Assembly: GCA_003427395.1 (NCBI GenBank)
Contig: BFEA01000026.1
Coordinates: 1,339,939 to 1,403,938, forward strand
Direction: 5' to 3'
DNA length: 64,000 nt
Origin: Chara braunii
Taxonomy: Eukaryota > Plantae > Charophyceae
Below the pieces are notes generated by a model. It was given only the letters and a program-made list of their open reading frames with translations. It was not told the origin of the DNA and ran no database searches. Below are positions 24,988-36,215 of the stretch, one piece after another (positions within the stretch are counted from its first letter, which is position 1; each line of letters starts with the position of its first letter). The position numbers and the translations under genes are program-made.

Positions 24988-25944
24988 AGGTTGCAGGTTC
25001 GACTTTGTCGGCCTGCAATTTCCCCTGAGCACAATTGGTTGGTGCAGGTTGCACCCCATGTACTTATCCCGAGCCTGGCATAGCGTCCTTAGAGACTAAT
25101 GACCTCAATAGCTCATTGGCATACTTGTCCCGAGGTCCCTAGTTCAACTCCATACTATGCTCATTCATCATATCAGCTAGGGATGGTCCTGTGGACGGAG
25201 TCGGGTGGAGACGTGTGCCTTTCCTGCGGGAAAGTTGATGTGGGATGGATGCTACTCTCTCGGGCAGTTGAGTAGTAAGAGGTTGGTTGGGTGCATGGTG
25301 ATACCATGGCAGTCCTATGGTGGTCAGGGTTGCCTTGTAGGGAAACTAATGTCGAATCAAGAGGTGTGTCCTACTCTCGATGTCTAGAGACCCATTCTGG
25401 GGTGGTGGGTTTTCAGAGGTGGTTGGGGGTAGTTGTTGACAACGGTCGAGGTCTCCACCATTATCATTGGGTGGGTCTCCCTGGCGAACAGACATAAGCA
25501 AGGCTCATTAGTAGCAGAAAGCAACCACATACATCCACACAGACTATGATATCACACTAGCTCACATAACAACCAGCATACTCATCAACCAACGGTAGCC
25601 ATATATGATCTCAGCTGTGCCAGGTTAGTGCTTAGAGGGCTCATAGGTTAGACCTTGGTTAGCTGACCATTAGACACTGCCTATGAGTGCTCTCACTACT
25701 CATGGAACTAGTTGAGAACTATGAGCCTAGCTCCCGAGGTTCCCGTATAACGAGGCTTGTATGCTAGTGCCTCAACTGGGGCTGAATGGGGAAGCTCATT
25801 CAGCATCAGTGCCCACGTCCGCTGTCTGGTCAGGTTGCTCCAGTAGAGAGTGATGTTCCTCGCATGAGGTAAGATAGAAATGGAGTGGGGGTGCGCCAGG
25901 AGATATATCGAGAGGAGTGGTAGGATGGGAGTCTCGTGAGTATG

Positions 25945-25976
<32 letters not shown>

Positions 25977-26272
25977 ATCGCGTCTACCTACCCCTCTTAG
26001 AATTATCTCCAAACACTGTTTAACAACTTTAACTCAATCAACCACGTGCCTCAAGTTACAAAGGAAAAGGAGGAGCACGAGGAGGAGGAGATTCTGACAA
26101 GGAAGAAGAAAACCAAGAACATAACATGGCTCCATGATCAAACTGACTTTGGCGCAGCCAGTTTGGATGAGGTGTTCTTCTTCGTTCCCCTTCTTCAATT
26201 TTCTCGGAGGATGGAAGTGGTCAGATCTTTCCTCTTGACAATTATTAAATCCTCTTTGAAGTTTGAAAACTC

Positions 26273-27440
26273 TTTTTTTTTTTGTTGAAAACCGACTTCA
26301 GAGTACCAGACGGGGTGGTAGGAGCACCTCCTTCTGGTATCCTACAACCGGATGCTCCTATCTATTGGTGGGGAGCAGCACCTGCTGGAAAGTGGGTCCA
26401 ACTTCCCATATACAAAAAGCTTGGAAAAATATACCGGGGCCATTACCAGGCTTTGGCTGGGGAACACTCAGCCACATCGATATCACCCTGAGGCTCTCTG
26501 TCTTATGGGACTCTGGGGTCTCTCTTGTACAATTACCTGTTTTCCCCCGTGCTGGGTCCACGTTATACCAGTCTTTCCATTGCAGCCTTTCTGTGTGGAT
26601 GTCAGCCACCTTGCCTCAGATTTTCCTCAAGCTTGCTCGTTGTTGTTCAGAGCCAGGCCGGGGTAGATTTGAATAGCCTCCTTCACCCTTCTCTTGTCCA
26701 CTTGCACTGGATCTCTGCTTCTATCATGCCCTTTCAAATTGTTGCCGTCAATACTTTGTCGTGTGCGTGCGTTCTGTGTATTGTCGAGTGTCCTGTGGCA
26801 CCTTTCCTTCCATTATATTGTTTACAGTGTCGCTTTGTGAATCATTCCGAACCGTGTCCTCCCTAATTTGTCAAACTGCGAAGGGATGTCAGTCGAAAGA
26901 AGGACCAGGGAAAGTGGAGGAGAATAGATGGTCCCCTAGGTCCGAGGCTCTGGCCCACTGTGACTGTTCTGTGACCTCCTTACACCGGATCGCACAGTGG
27001 ATCAAGCCCCTTCGTTCTTGACCGGAACAAAATACGCATAGGTCCAAGCTGTTAGGGTCTCTGTTCTTTCTTCTGATGTGCAGCCAGTGATTGACGAGAA
27101 GCCGGGCAGCGTATGTGATTAAACCACCAGTACTTGGGCGACGCCTTAGCGTTAACGCTACGCGATTTCCGCGGCCGGCGGGCCGTCGATAAATCGAATC
27201 GACAGCCCGCGCTGCTTCGAGATTTGGGCGGCCGGCGCGGCGCGCAGTGCCCAAGTACTGGTGGTTTAACCATTGGAGACTTCTAACCTTGACCGTGCAA
27301 ATCATTTTGAATTTCTTCCATGGTATTTTGGAAATCTGTTTGGCTTCTTCCCCTGTTAGCCTTGTCCATCTGAGTTCAATAGCTGGTTCTGGGTCCTTTC
27401 TCTTGAGTAGCATCTTGAATCCCATTTTGATAGTTTTTGA
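26273..27440 (-). mobile_element. 5'-truncated LINE (zf-RVT C-terminus + tail motif + poly(A))
   Basis: VRSLQWL..LVNHWL..CVFC..HCAIRC, tail motif at 26354-26407, and poly(T) at 26273-26283. Confidence 0.85.
27123..27265. mobile_element. MITE (143 bp) with 17-bp perfect TIR and TTAA (or TA) TSD
   Basis: TTAA-ACCACCAGTACTTGGGC...GCCCAAGTACTGGTGGT-TTAA. Removing it restores LINE codons W-L-I-T-Y. Confidence 0.9.
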
Positions 27441-28865
27441 CTAAGTACTCCACGATTGGTATGACGTAAGCGCTTCTTCTGTTCTTTCCGGTTTGCCAGC
27501 CCTACTCTGCTAGGGCAAACTCCACATCCTGCAATGAAGTAATAGTTTATGGATCCGTACATCTGGGCCCCAGCCCTCCCCCGTGCAAGCACGGAATCGA
27601 ATCGGCGACCTTGGCCTCAGGAGCCAAGTCTCTTAACCACTACAGCCAGGACACAGTGTTCAAAAGTGGAATCATACCGGTCGTGATATCCACGCCACCC
27701 CTGCAAGGCTGTAGTGTCCAACTCAACACACACCACACACAACACCACACGGACGCACTGCACAGACATGGCAATGAAGGCCACTACTAATACTAATACT
27801 TTTTTTTTTTTAAGGCGATGGCCTTGAGATATTACCATGGAACTGACCGGCCATAGGTAATTCAGAATTGTAGTATTTCATTCACTTGCCTCCAGTGGAG
27901 TTCGAACTCAGGCCTATGTTTGAAGAGTCCAAGGTTGTACCAACTGAGCTAGGCCAGTTGGTACCAATACTAATACTACAATTGTCCACTAGGGGTTTTG
28001 TTCTCTTGTCTCTGTCACATCCAGCGAAGGACAACTTATCAGAACCAACCTTGACAACTTGTAGAGGATCCGCAACTCTTCTCTCCAAACCCCAAACCAC
28101 CAGACCACCAGTACGTCCAACCCTCCTTTTCCTGACGCGGATTTCTGCTGCTCGCCGATAAAAGAAAGAAGTGGTGCCAGCTCAGTTTTCAAACTTTTCT
28201 TTTTTTTTGCCTGATGCTAGCATTCATTTCGGTCTGGTAGGCCGAGCTCTGAAGAATAACATGCCCGTGACAGACCGTCAGAACAAAATGGCGGCGAGAG
28301 GTACTGGTGATTTAACAGATCATTTAAGTAAATACTTCGCCAATTTCCGAACAGAGGATCTTTTTCTTCTGCAAAGTTGCAAGCTGAGTTTTTGTCTAAT
28401 CAGCACTAGCCTTTGCTTGAGGTACAACAGCCTTCCGAATTAGCTGCATGTTGTCTGCATCGGATTCCATACTATGACATTGGCTGCCGCTACGTAGCCA
28501 TCCCCCATGTGGGGACCACTTGCATGAAATGGTTGAAGCAACTGCCAACTGTTTTCCCACAAAAACAGCACACCTTCATTATGACTCATTAGGCCAGAAA
28601 TATAACTTGTATTCATTGATAATGAGGGCGCATTATGTTCGAGGACTATCTAAACTTATCACTTGGTGGGATAATCATGATGACTGCCTTCTGTGTAGTC
28701 AGTAGTAGTCACCATCATCACCCTCTCATTTCATGTCCATTCTGTTGGATGACTTAGACTTACACATATGCCCTTATCTTTCTGCACTGTTGGCAAGGCA
28801 GTCTTGCTTCATGCCTCACGAGCCGCAAATGAGAAATAATGAATGCTAAGACTTACACTCGATGT

Positions 28866-28990
28866 GTCCTTCGGGACATCCGTGAAAATCGGAACGATGC
28901 AGAGAAGATTAGCATGGCCCCTGTGCAAGGATGACATGCATAAATAGAGAAATGGTCCAATTTTATTGTTTTTGTAAACAAAAAAAAAAA
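28866..28990 (+). pseudogene. U6: U6 snRNA processed pseudogene
   Basis: Near-full plant-type U6 with ACAGAGA mutated to GCAGAGA, a poly(A) tail and an imperfect TSD AAGACTTACAC(TC)GATGT. Confidence 0.93.
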
Positions 28991-29730
28991 GACTTACACG
29001 ATGTTTAATTGCGTCATAGATATGCCCTTATCTTTCTGCACTGTTGGCAGTCTTGCTTCATGCCTCACGAGATGCAAATGAGAAATAATGAATGCTTCAA
29101 CAGTGCCAATTATTGCAACAATGGACTGAATATGGAATGCGTTGCTTTTCCATGCCACACCCTCTGCATTTATGGTCACACATTACAGCCATGACCTCCA
29201 GTTATTCCTTGAGGCTTGAGGGTGTTTCAACTGATGAACCCTGCTCTCTTTAGAGCATTCATTTTTTTTAGGTGGAGGCTTAGCTTATCATTCATAATGA
29301 ACAAGACAAGATATGCACTTTATCTCTATAGTCTTAAAATTTACAACGGGCCCACCGTAACCGCCGGACGCGGGCCCAACGAAAACCAACGGAGGGCTGC
29401 GCCACCGGGGGGCGCGAGGAGGGACTGCCTGGGACCGAGCGGGTCTGGGCTCGGAGGATGGAGGCGGGCGGCGACGGTTGGCATGCGGCGCGAAGGTGGC
29501 GGCGGGCCCTGCGAAGCGATGCGACGCAATGCTGGGAAAGCCTGGGGCGAGGCGGAAAGAATTTGCATGGGGGCGGGAAGGGGGAGGGCGGTCTATGCAG
29601 GCGTGCATTTCGATGCTGCAGGTGCACACGTTGATTGTCGTCGTTTCCCGGTTGACACATACACGCGCTAGAGGGACAGGGAGACAAGGTTGGTGCGCGG
29701 CTGTTGGCGCCGGTTGACGTGTGCGAGCAT

Positions 29731-29733
<3 letters not shown>

Positions 29734-29764
<31 letters not shown>

Positions 29765-29877
29765 NNNNNNNNNNNNNNNNNNNNNNNNNNNNNNNNNNNN
29801 NNNNNNNNNNNNNNNNNNNNNNNNNNNNNNNNNNNNNNNNNNNNNNNNNNNNNNNNNNNNNNNNNNNNNNNNNNNNN

Positions 29878-29938
<61 letters not shown>
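29734..29938. repeat. (CA)n/(GA)n microsatellite spanning a gap
   Basis: Seen directly. Confidence 0.95.
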
Positions 29939-29940
<2 letters not shown>

Positions 29941-30645
29941 TGGCATATCTTCCTCCAAATGTTGAAAAGACGCCGTCGACCTTTTTTGGGGGGGGTGGTA
30001 ATTTGTGCAATCAGACTCGCTTTCATTCACACTTTACATGCATGTAAACAGGATGCGCAGCAAACTGGCGACAAGCGCCCACTCAAAACTCAGAGATATG
30101 GCAACCGGAACACAGTTCAGATACGAGTTCACTTCGAACGGCTATGGCGACACAGCGCCTGTACAACTCTCTGTTCGCACATACAGGATCACCCTGGATA
30201 TGCCACACGCGATACTCTGTACACACACACACAGACACGCGCTGAACTCCATCTACGGCTATGGCGGCTATGGACGCTGCTACCCTATCGCTATGGCTAA
30301 GCTCCTTCTCTCTCGTCCACTTCGTCTTCGGGCTCACTGCAGACCACCTCGCACAAGTCGCTGTGGCAGCGCTTCCGCATGGCTCATGCAGGAATGAATG
30401 AATGGCTTGACGCTGCCCTTTGATTTATACTTCTGTAGCTCGCTGGTCTGGCCCTTTCCCATGCCCGTGGTGCACACAGTCCCATGCGGTACTTGCTTGA
30501 CTGGACTAGGATTGACTGGGACTGGGACTGCTGACTCAGCACGGGTAGACTCCACCACTTGCCCACTTGGCTCAGCCTAAACGTGAGCAACATCGAAAGG
30601 CCACTGCTAGGACCTTCCGGAAGGCCGTGGACTTGGCCTTTCGAT

Positions 30646-30901
30646 ACTGTAGCAGCTACGACCTTGACCCTTCAGGACTGTAGCAGCTACGACCTTGACC
30701 CTTCAGGACTGTAGCAGCTACGACCTTGACCCTTCAGGACNNNNNNNNNNNNNNNNNNNNNNNNNNNNNNTTGACCCTTCAGGACTGTAGCAGCTACGAC
30801 CTTGACCCTTCAGGACTGTAGCAGCTACGACCTTGACCCTTCAGGACTGTAGCAGCTACGACCTTCACCCTTCAGGACTGTAGCAGCTACGACCTTGACC
30901 T
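30646..30901. repeat. 31-bp minisatellite GACTGTAGCAGCTACGACCTTGACCCTTCAG
   Basis: At least 7 near-identical visible units across a small gap. Confidence 0.95.
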
Positions 30902-33693
30902 TTCGGAGAAGCTATAGCTACGACTTCTAGACTTTGCTAAGAATCCTACCCGACAGGTCTACAGATCGGACCCTTGCAACCTATGGACCCTACGACAGTC
31001 TACCAACTGTTACAAATATACACAGGTCACGGGTTCAACTCTCAGGGTCGACCAAATACTGTACACAGGTAAGGCGATGACTAGGGATCGAGCCCTGGGA
31101 TCTGCATCGGCTACTGCAAACAGGGAATACCGTTTCATTTGCCAAAATACCCCCATAAGTTGAGGTATATGTCAAAATGTCCCTGAAAATTGGGCGCTGG
31201 CCCTTAGCAATTGCACCCACGAAAAGTTGGCAACTACCAGGGTTACAGGGCACTTTGCAAAGTTGGACGGTGTCCGGTAGGGGTACATTGCAAAGATGGG
31301 GTCCAGCTGATGTCTGAGGTGTTTCACAAAACGTTTTTGGCGTCGTCCTTCGCTGCAGCGTAGCTGCGGCAGGTCCACTTGTATTACCCTAAAGCCTAAA
31401 GCAACCATGGCTTGAAGAGCAGACGCTTCGCTTCTAAATCCCATGAAGGCGCTTTTGCACATAGGAATTGGACTGTCTTATCAACTTGCTTGATAGATCA
31501 AAAGGATTGAGAAGATTCAAAACTCCTGTTTTTTGGGTTGGTTTTGGATTTTTGCAGAGTTCTACTGAGAAAAAAACAGATGAATAAGAGTTCTTTAAGG
31601 AAACCGATAACCAAGCCCTTGTAAACGACCAAGACCAGATGCTCAAATATTACAGCGATAACGACTAACTAAATATACACCAAAATTCTCCTTTGGGTCC
31701 TTCTACACAGGTGTATGTAGAAGAAGCTGGTACAGACACACACTTGGCTGGTCCTGGTTCAGATTCTCAGTGCTCTTTCACTGTCTGAGATATTACACTT
31801 GTTCTGTGAGCTTCAGTACACGGTTGCTACTGTCTTCGCCTGAAGACAACGCCCGGTCATTATAGCTGTATTTGGTGGAACTTTCAGTCCAGAAACGGCA
31901 ATAACTACTGGGTGTTCTATTCTGGTGAACATGAAGACGGTAGTTTATGGCTGAATGGAAATGTAGGCATCTCTTGCTCAATCAACTACAGAGCCTTGAC
32001 TCAGAGGAGCCCTGTGCTTTGCAATGCCAGTGAAATGATTCTGTGTATTCCTCGCTATGGCTGCATTTGCATCCATGTGCACAATCTTCTTCTTCTTCTT
32101 CTTTTCTGTTTTGTGTCCCCTTCCCATTCAAGGGTGTAGCCCTTAGGGCCTGAACATTTCTGAGCATATTCATTTGATTCCAAACTCATAATCTGTCTAC
32201 TGAAGTTGCATGTGTGTGCATTCAGCCACATGGTCTGGGTAGGGGCATTCTATCCTTGTACCTCTTTCCTGGATCTTTGTGTTCCTTTGCGCTCTTACTG
32301 TCTTCCCCCAAACAGAACATACGGTCAGTATCGCTGAGTCGAGACTGAAAGTTGTTCCAAGTAAAACTATAGTAACCATATGTTCTATTTGGGGGAAGAC
32401 GGTAGTTTATACTTTCCTTATACCCCTTTCCCGCATGCTTGTGTTCCCTTTTGGTCCTGCCTTCTTCACCCAAAAAGTTTGCCTGGTCAATATAGGTGTA
32501 TAGCCTTGTATTTGGGGCAATTTTCATTGAACACAGCTATAAGGACTGGGCATTCTACTCGGGAGCCAGAGCTTTGTAATGTACGGAACTGCACGCGTGC
32601 TTTTGCAATTCAGAGATGGTCAATGGTTGAATGTAGCCGTTCCTGCACATGCCCAGCTGTACCCGACAGTTTCAGGTGTGTACGGTCTGGCTTGGTGTGG
32701 ATGGGTCGGTATGGGCAGGTACTGTGATCAGGGGCATACGGCTGGCTGCCGTGTAAGTGTTTGGCTCGCGCCACCCAAACCCCCACCGAACTAGTCTTCT
32801 TCACTCTGCTGTGAACCCCAACCATGGTTACAATTTGAGTGGACGTTTATTTTTCGGAGATACCGAGCTCCAACTGGAAGAAAGGTAACGGGCCAGACCC
32901 CTTCTCTCGGCCCTAGGCTGCCCGAATCCTTGCAGTTCATCAATTGGCCATGTGGGAAAATTAACCATGAGCTTCAGCCAATTGTCACATTTCGGACTTA
33001 TGAAATGTGGCATGGCGGCCAAAGCACCTGTCCACATCTCTCCACCAGGTGGAGATCGCCACAACCGCCCTCTCCTCCTCTTCCCCCACCCAGGAGCAGC
33101 CATCACCGGACAGCGTGCAACAATCAAGTGGGGCCAGCACCACACACGATGCAGTAAGAGCAGGTACATGGGAGACTCTCACAGGGGTTACAGGTAGGGT
33201 GCATGGCTGTGACTACCCCTATGTAGAGATGCACGGATGTAGGTATGGGTACAGGTAAGAAGATATTCATCATGGGCACAGGGCAAGTACAGGTAACTGG
33301 TTTTCCGAGGTGCTTCCTGAGTCGGGTATAGGTAATTCTTCAGCCAAGCAGGAGTAGGCATGGGTGACGAAAGCCCGCATGGGCTGCGTGCGAGTGCTCA
33401 AAAAATGAGCAGATGATGTCCACTTTGCAGACATGGGTGTGGGTGCTTTCAACAAACCTACCCATGCAGAACCTCGTGCTTGACGAAGGCTTTGTGCATG
33501 ACATTGTGTACTGCCCACCTCTTTCTGAAGCAGTGGGCCAAATTGTATGCAGCACTGTCGCCCTACCTCTTCACTTAAAAAGAACTGCTGAAATCACTTA
33601 TCCATCCATCCATTACCTGCACGTCCTTGGCAGCTTTGCCACTAAATCATTCTTTCGCAATTCACTACGGTAACCTTAGGAGAAGGTGGAGCA

Positions 33694-33805
33694 GTCCTTT
33701 GGGACATCCGTCAAAATTGGAACGCCACAGAGAAGATTAGCATGGCCCCTGCGCAAGGATGACACACATAAATCGAGAAATGGTCTTAAAAAAAAGAAAA
33801 AAAAA
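33694..33805 (+). pseudogene. U6: U6 snRNA processed pseudogene
   Basis: U6 with intact ACAGAGA/AGC, an A-tail and a 14-bp TSD AGGAGAAGGTGGAG (33678-33691 / 33805-33818). Confidence 0.95.
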
Positions 33806-34079
33806 GGAGAAGGTGGAGGAGAAAGATCTGCAATCATTAGTCCACCCTTACTTTTCGCTTTCTTAGCCCATGAACTTAGCAAGGCAATCAGTTCACATTC
33901 TAGTTCATCAAGGGAATCACCCGCTGAGACGGAACACAAAACTTTTTCTGGGTGGTCTGGGTGATGGGCCAAAGAAGGGTCATCCTCTACCATGCGAGCT
34001 GGAGGGTTGAAAGGGGTTTGTTGCACCAACTTACCTACACCCTCCGGCTCAGTAGGAGCAGATGCTACCCCTACTGGCT

Positions 34080-35180
34080 GCTCCCTTTTGGGTTCCGGAT
34101 GAGAGGGCACCATGCAATGTTGTGCCCCTCTGTGTTATTCTTCAGGCACTGGCGATTATCCATCATTTCCTGCCATTCCTTCTGGGTAAGGCCCATTTTT
34201 TCCCAAGGCCTACCAGAAGCGATGTCATGATGTGCTGGGAAGGAGCGTGGCCTTTTCTTCCTGAATCCTCCAATGTTGGTGCCTCCCTTGTTCGCCACCA
34301 TGGCGGTGACGTCACCATTTCTCGACTCACCGCCTCTACTAGTTCCACCCTCGCTTTCTTCGAGGGGCCGCATTTCTGTGGTCTCGTCGTCATCAAAAAC
34401 GACAAGCGTGTGGTCTTGTTGTTTCTGCCTCCAAAAAAATTGTTTCCTGTTCCCACTAGATTGCCCTCTCCTTACAACAGTATCGGACGTCCATTTAACC
34501 TGCGATTTTCATCTCGTTTCCGATTCCTTTTCTTTGTCTTCTTCCTCTTCCTCGGCCACAATTTGTTTCTTGCCCTTGATCACATTTGTCACAGTCCGCA
34601 ACTCAGTGGTGACATTATCTATTTTCGTTTCAAGGACATCAAGATACAATGTCATGTGTTCAACGAGTGTGGCCAAGTCAATTTCCGATCCAATCTTAAA
34701 TTTTGGTTTAATTTCTTCCACCTTCTTTACTTGTTGTTCTTTCGCTCTTTGTTGCTGAACATAGGCTTCCTTCTTCTTCTTTTTGGCTTCCAAAGCATCC
34801 TGTAGTTGCTGGATTGTGACCTCCATAATTTCTTCATTTAACTCTGTTTGTTCCCGGTTCTCACCAGTTTCTGACTTTTCTTCTTTTTTCACGTTCCTGC
34901 CCAATTGTTGCAGCTGGCTGGCGACAAATTCATCGAGGCGTAGATGCACCTCGTTGATCACTTTCTGCACTGATCTGCTCACCTCCATCATCAGAACAGC
35001 AGTGTCAGCCTTACTTAGTTCGTCCTCTGCTGCTCGCAGGTCCAACTGGGTGCGTACGTGTTGCTCTGCCTCTGAACCGGCGTCATGTAGTTCATTAACC
35101 AGCCGTTGTAATTTGTTCATCATTAGTTTCCGGTGGGCATCTGTGTATCCACGGGTCTTAATTTCTTCTTCTTCATCAGC
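34080..35180 (-). pseudogene. gag-like remnant (coiled coil + degenerate zinc knuckle)
   Basis: PWEKMGLTQKEWQEMMDNRQCLKNNTEGHNIAWCP parallels the gag end at ~54265-54368 (PWHALRIKEGVWRKRKDKGVYLRC..HFLKDCP). Upstream lies a 240-aa coiled-coil frame. Confidence 0.55.
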
Positions 35181-35423
35181 TAAGAATATGAGAGGGATCG
35201 GGAAGAAGAAAAATGGAGTAAACTGAGTCATAATGGACCTCAGAAACCATCTCTAAAGGAATGCCATATCAGCGGGTGAGTATGCCGCACAATAAACTTA
35301 GAGAGACATATGTAAATTCCACGGCCTCGCCAATAACGAATTTCAAGAGAAAGAAATTTTAACAAAAATTAATGGATCATAATTTCCTAACTTCTGAGAC
35401 TAATTTTTCTTTAAGGTTGACAT

Positions 35424-35690
35424 TAGCAGCGCTCTTTAACAACCTGCTCAGTTAATCCTCTGAAGCAAGAGTAATCAATGCTGGCAGGCTTTTTCAAATA
35501 CTTTCCTGTTTTTTTTTTCTGTTTTTCCCTGATTGTTTTCCGAATCATTCTGTGTAAGGGACATTGGACCCATTTTTCAGCAGGTGATGCTTCCCACCAA
35601 TAGATGGAGCCTCTCCCCAAGTGCTAGTGGTGTTTGCTTTTACCAGCACCACTAGCACCGGAGGGAGTCCTTTAAAATATATATATATCG
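35424..35690 (+). mobile_element. LINE tail: pseudoknot motif + 12-bp hairpin + A/(TA)n tail
   Basis: Motif at 35558-35610 and stem GTGCTAGTGGTG/CACCACTAGCAC. Confidence 0.8.
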
Positions 35691-35756
35691 TCAAATAGAA
35701 CTGCCCGGTAAACCGTAGGCAGAGAGGGAGAAGAGGACAACGAACGAGGGGCTGTG

Positions 35757-35816
35757 ACAAACTGTTTCGTCGGAGTTTCACCGACTCATCAGGAGGCTGA
35801 ACCCTCAACAGTCTGT
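35757..35816 (-). ncRNA. Type III hammerhead ribozyme, intact
   Basis: ACAGACTG-UU|GAGG-gttcag-CCTC-CUGAUGA-GTCGG-tgaaact-CCGAC-GAA-ACAGTTTGT, with full core and three stems. Predicted cut between 35807 and 35806. Confidence 0.9.
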
Positions 35817-36155
35817 AGAATCCCCTCACTGATTACANNNNNNNNNNNNNNNNNNNNNNNNNNNNNNNNNNNNNNNNNNNNNNNNNNNNNNNNNNNNNNN
35901 NNNNNNNNNNNNNNNNNNNNNNNNNNNNNNNNNNNNNNNNNNNNNNNNNNNNNNNNNNNNNNNNNNNNNNNNNNNNNNNNNNNNNNNNNNNNNNNNNNNN
36001 NNNNNNNNNNNNNNNNNNNNNNNNNNNNNNNNNNNNNNNNNNNNNNNNNNNNNNNNNNNNNNNNNNNNNNNNNNNNNNNNNNNNNNNNNNNNNNNNNNNN
36101 NNNNNNNNNNNNNNNNNNNNNNNNNNNNNNNNNNNNNNNNNNNNNNNGGGCTGTG

Positions 36156-36215
36156 ACAAACTGTTTCGTCGGAGTTTCACCGACTCATCAGGAGGCTGAA
36201 CCCTCAACAGTCTGT
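36156..36215 (-). ncRNA. Type III hammerhead ribozyme, identical second copy
   Basis: Identical to 35757-35816 and offset 399 nt across an N gap. May be an assembly duplication. Confidence 0.7.

Larger units (their letters stand above)
13641..25975 (+). mobile_element. Long SINE-like element with several tRNA-like units, interrupted by the Gypsy element
   Basis: B-boxes at 13778, ~24997 and ~25142, and A-box-like words at 13866 and ~25109. The second unit is restored by removing 13906-24987. The 3' body matches 11627-12479. Confidence 0.55.

Noticed and set aside
33160-33465. hAT-like subterminal GGGTA/AGGTA repeats
   Set aside because: No matching TIR pair or TSD could be identified.
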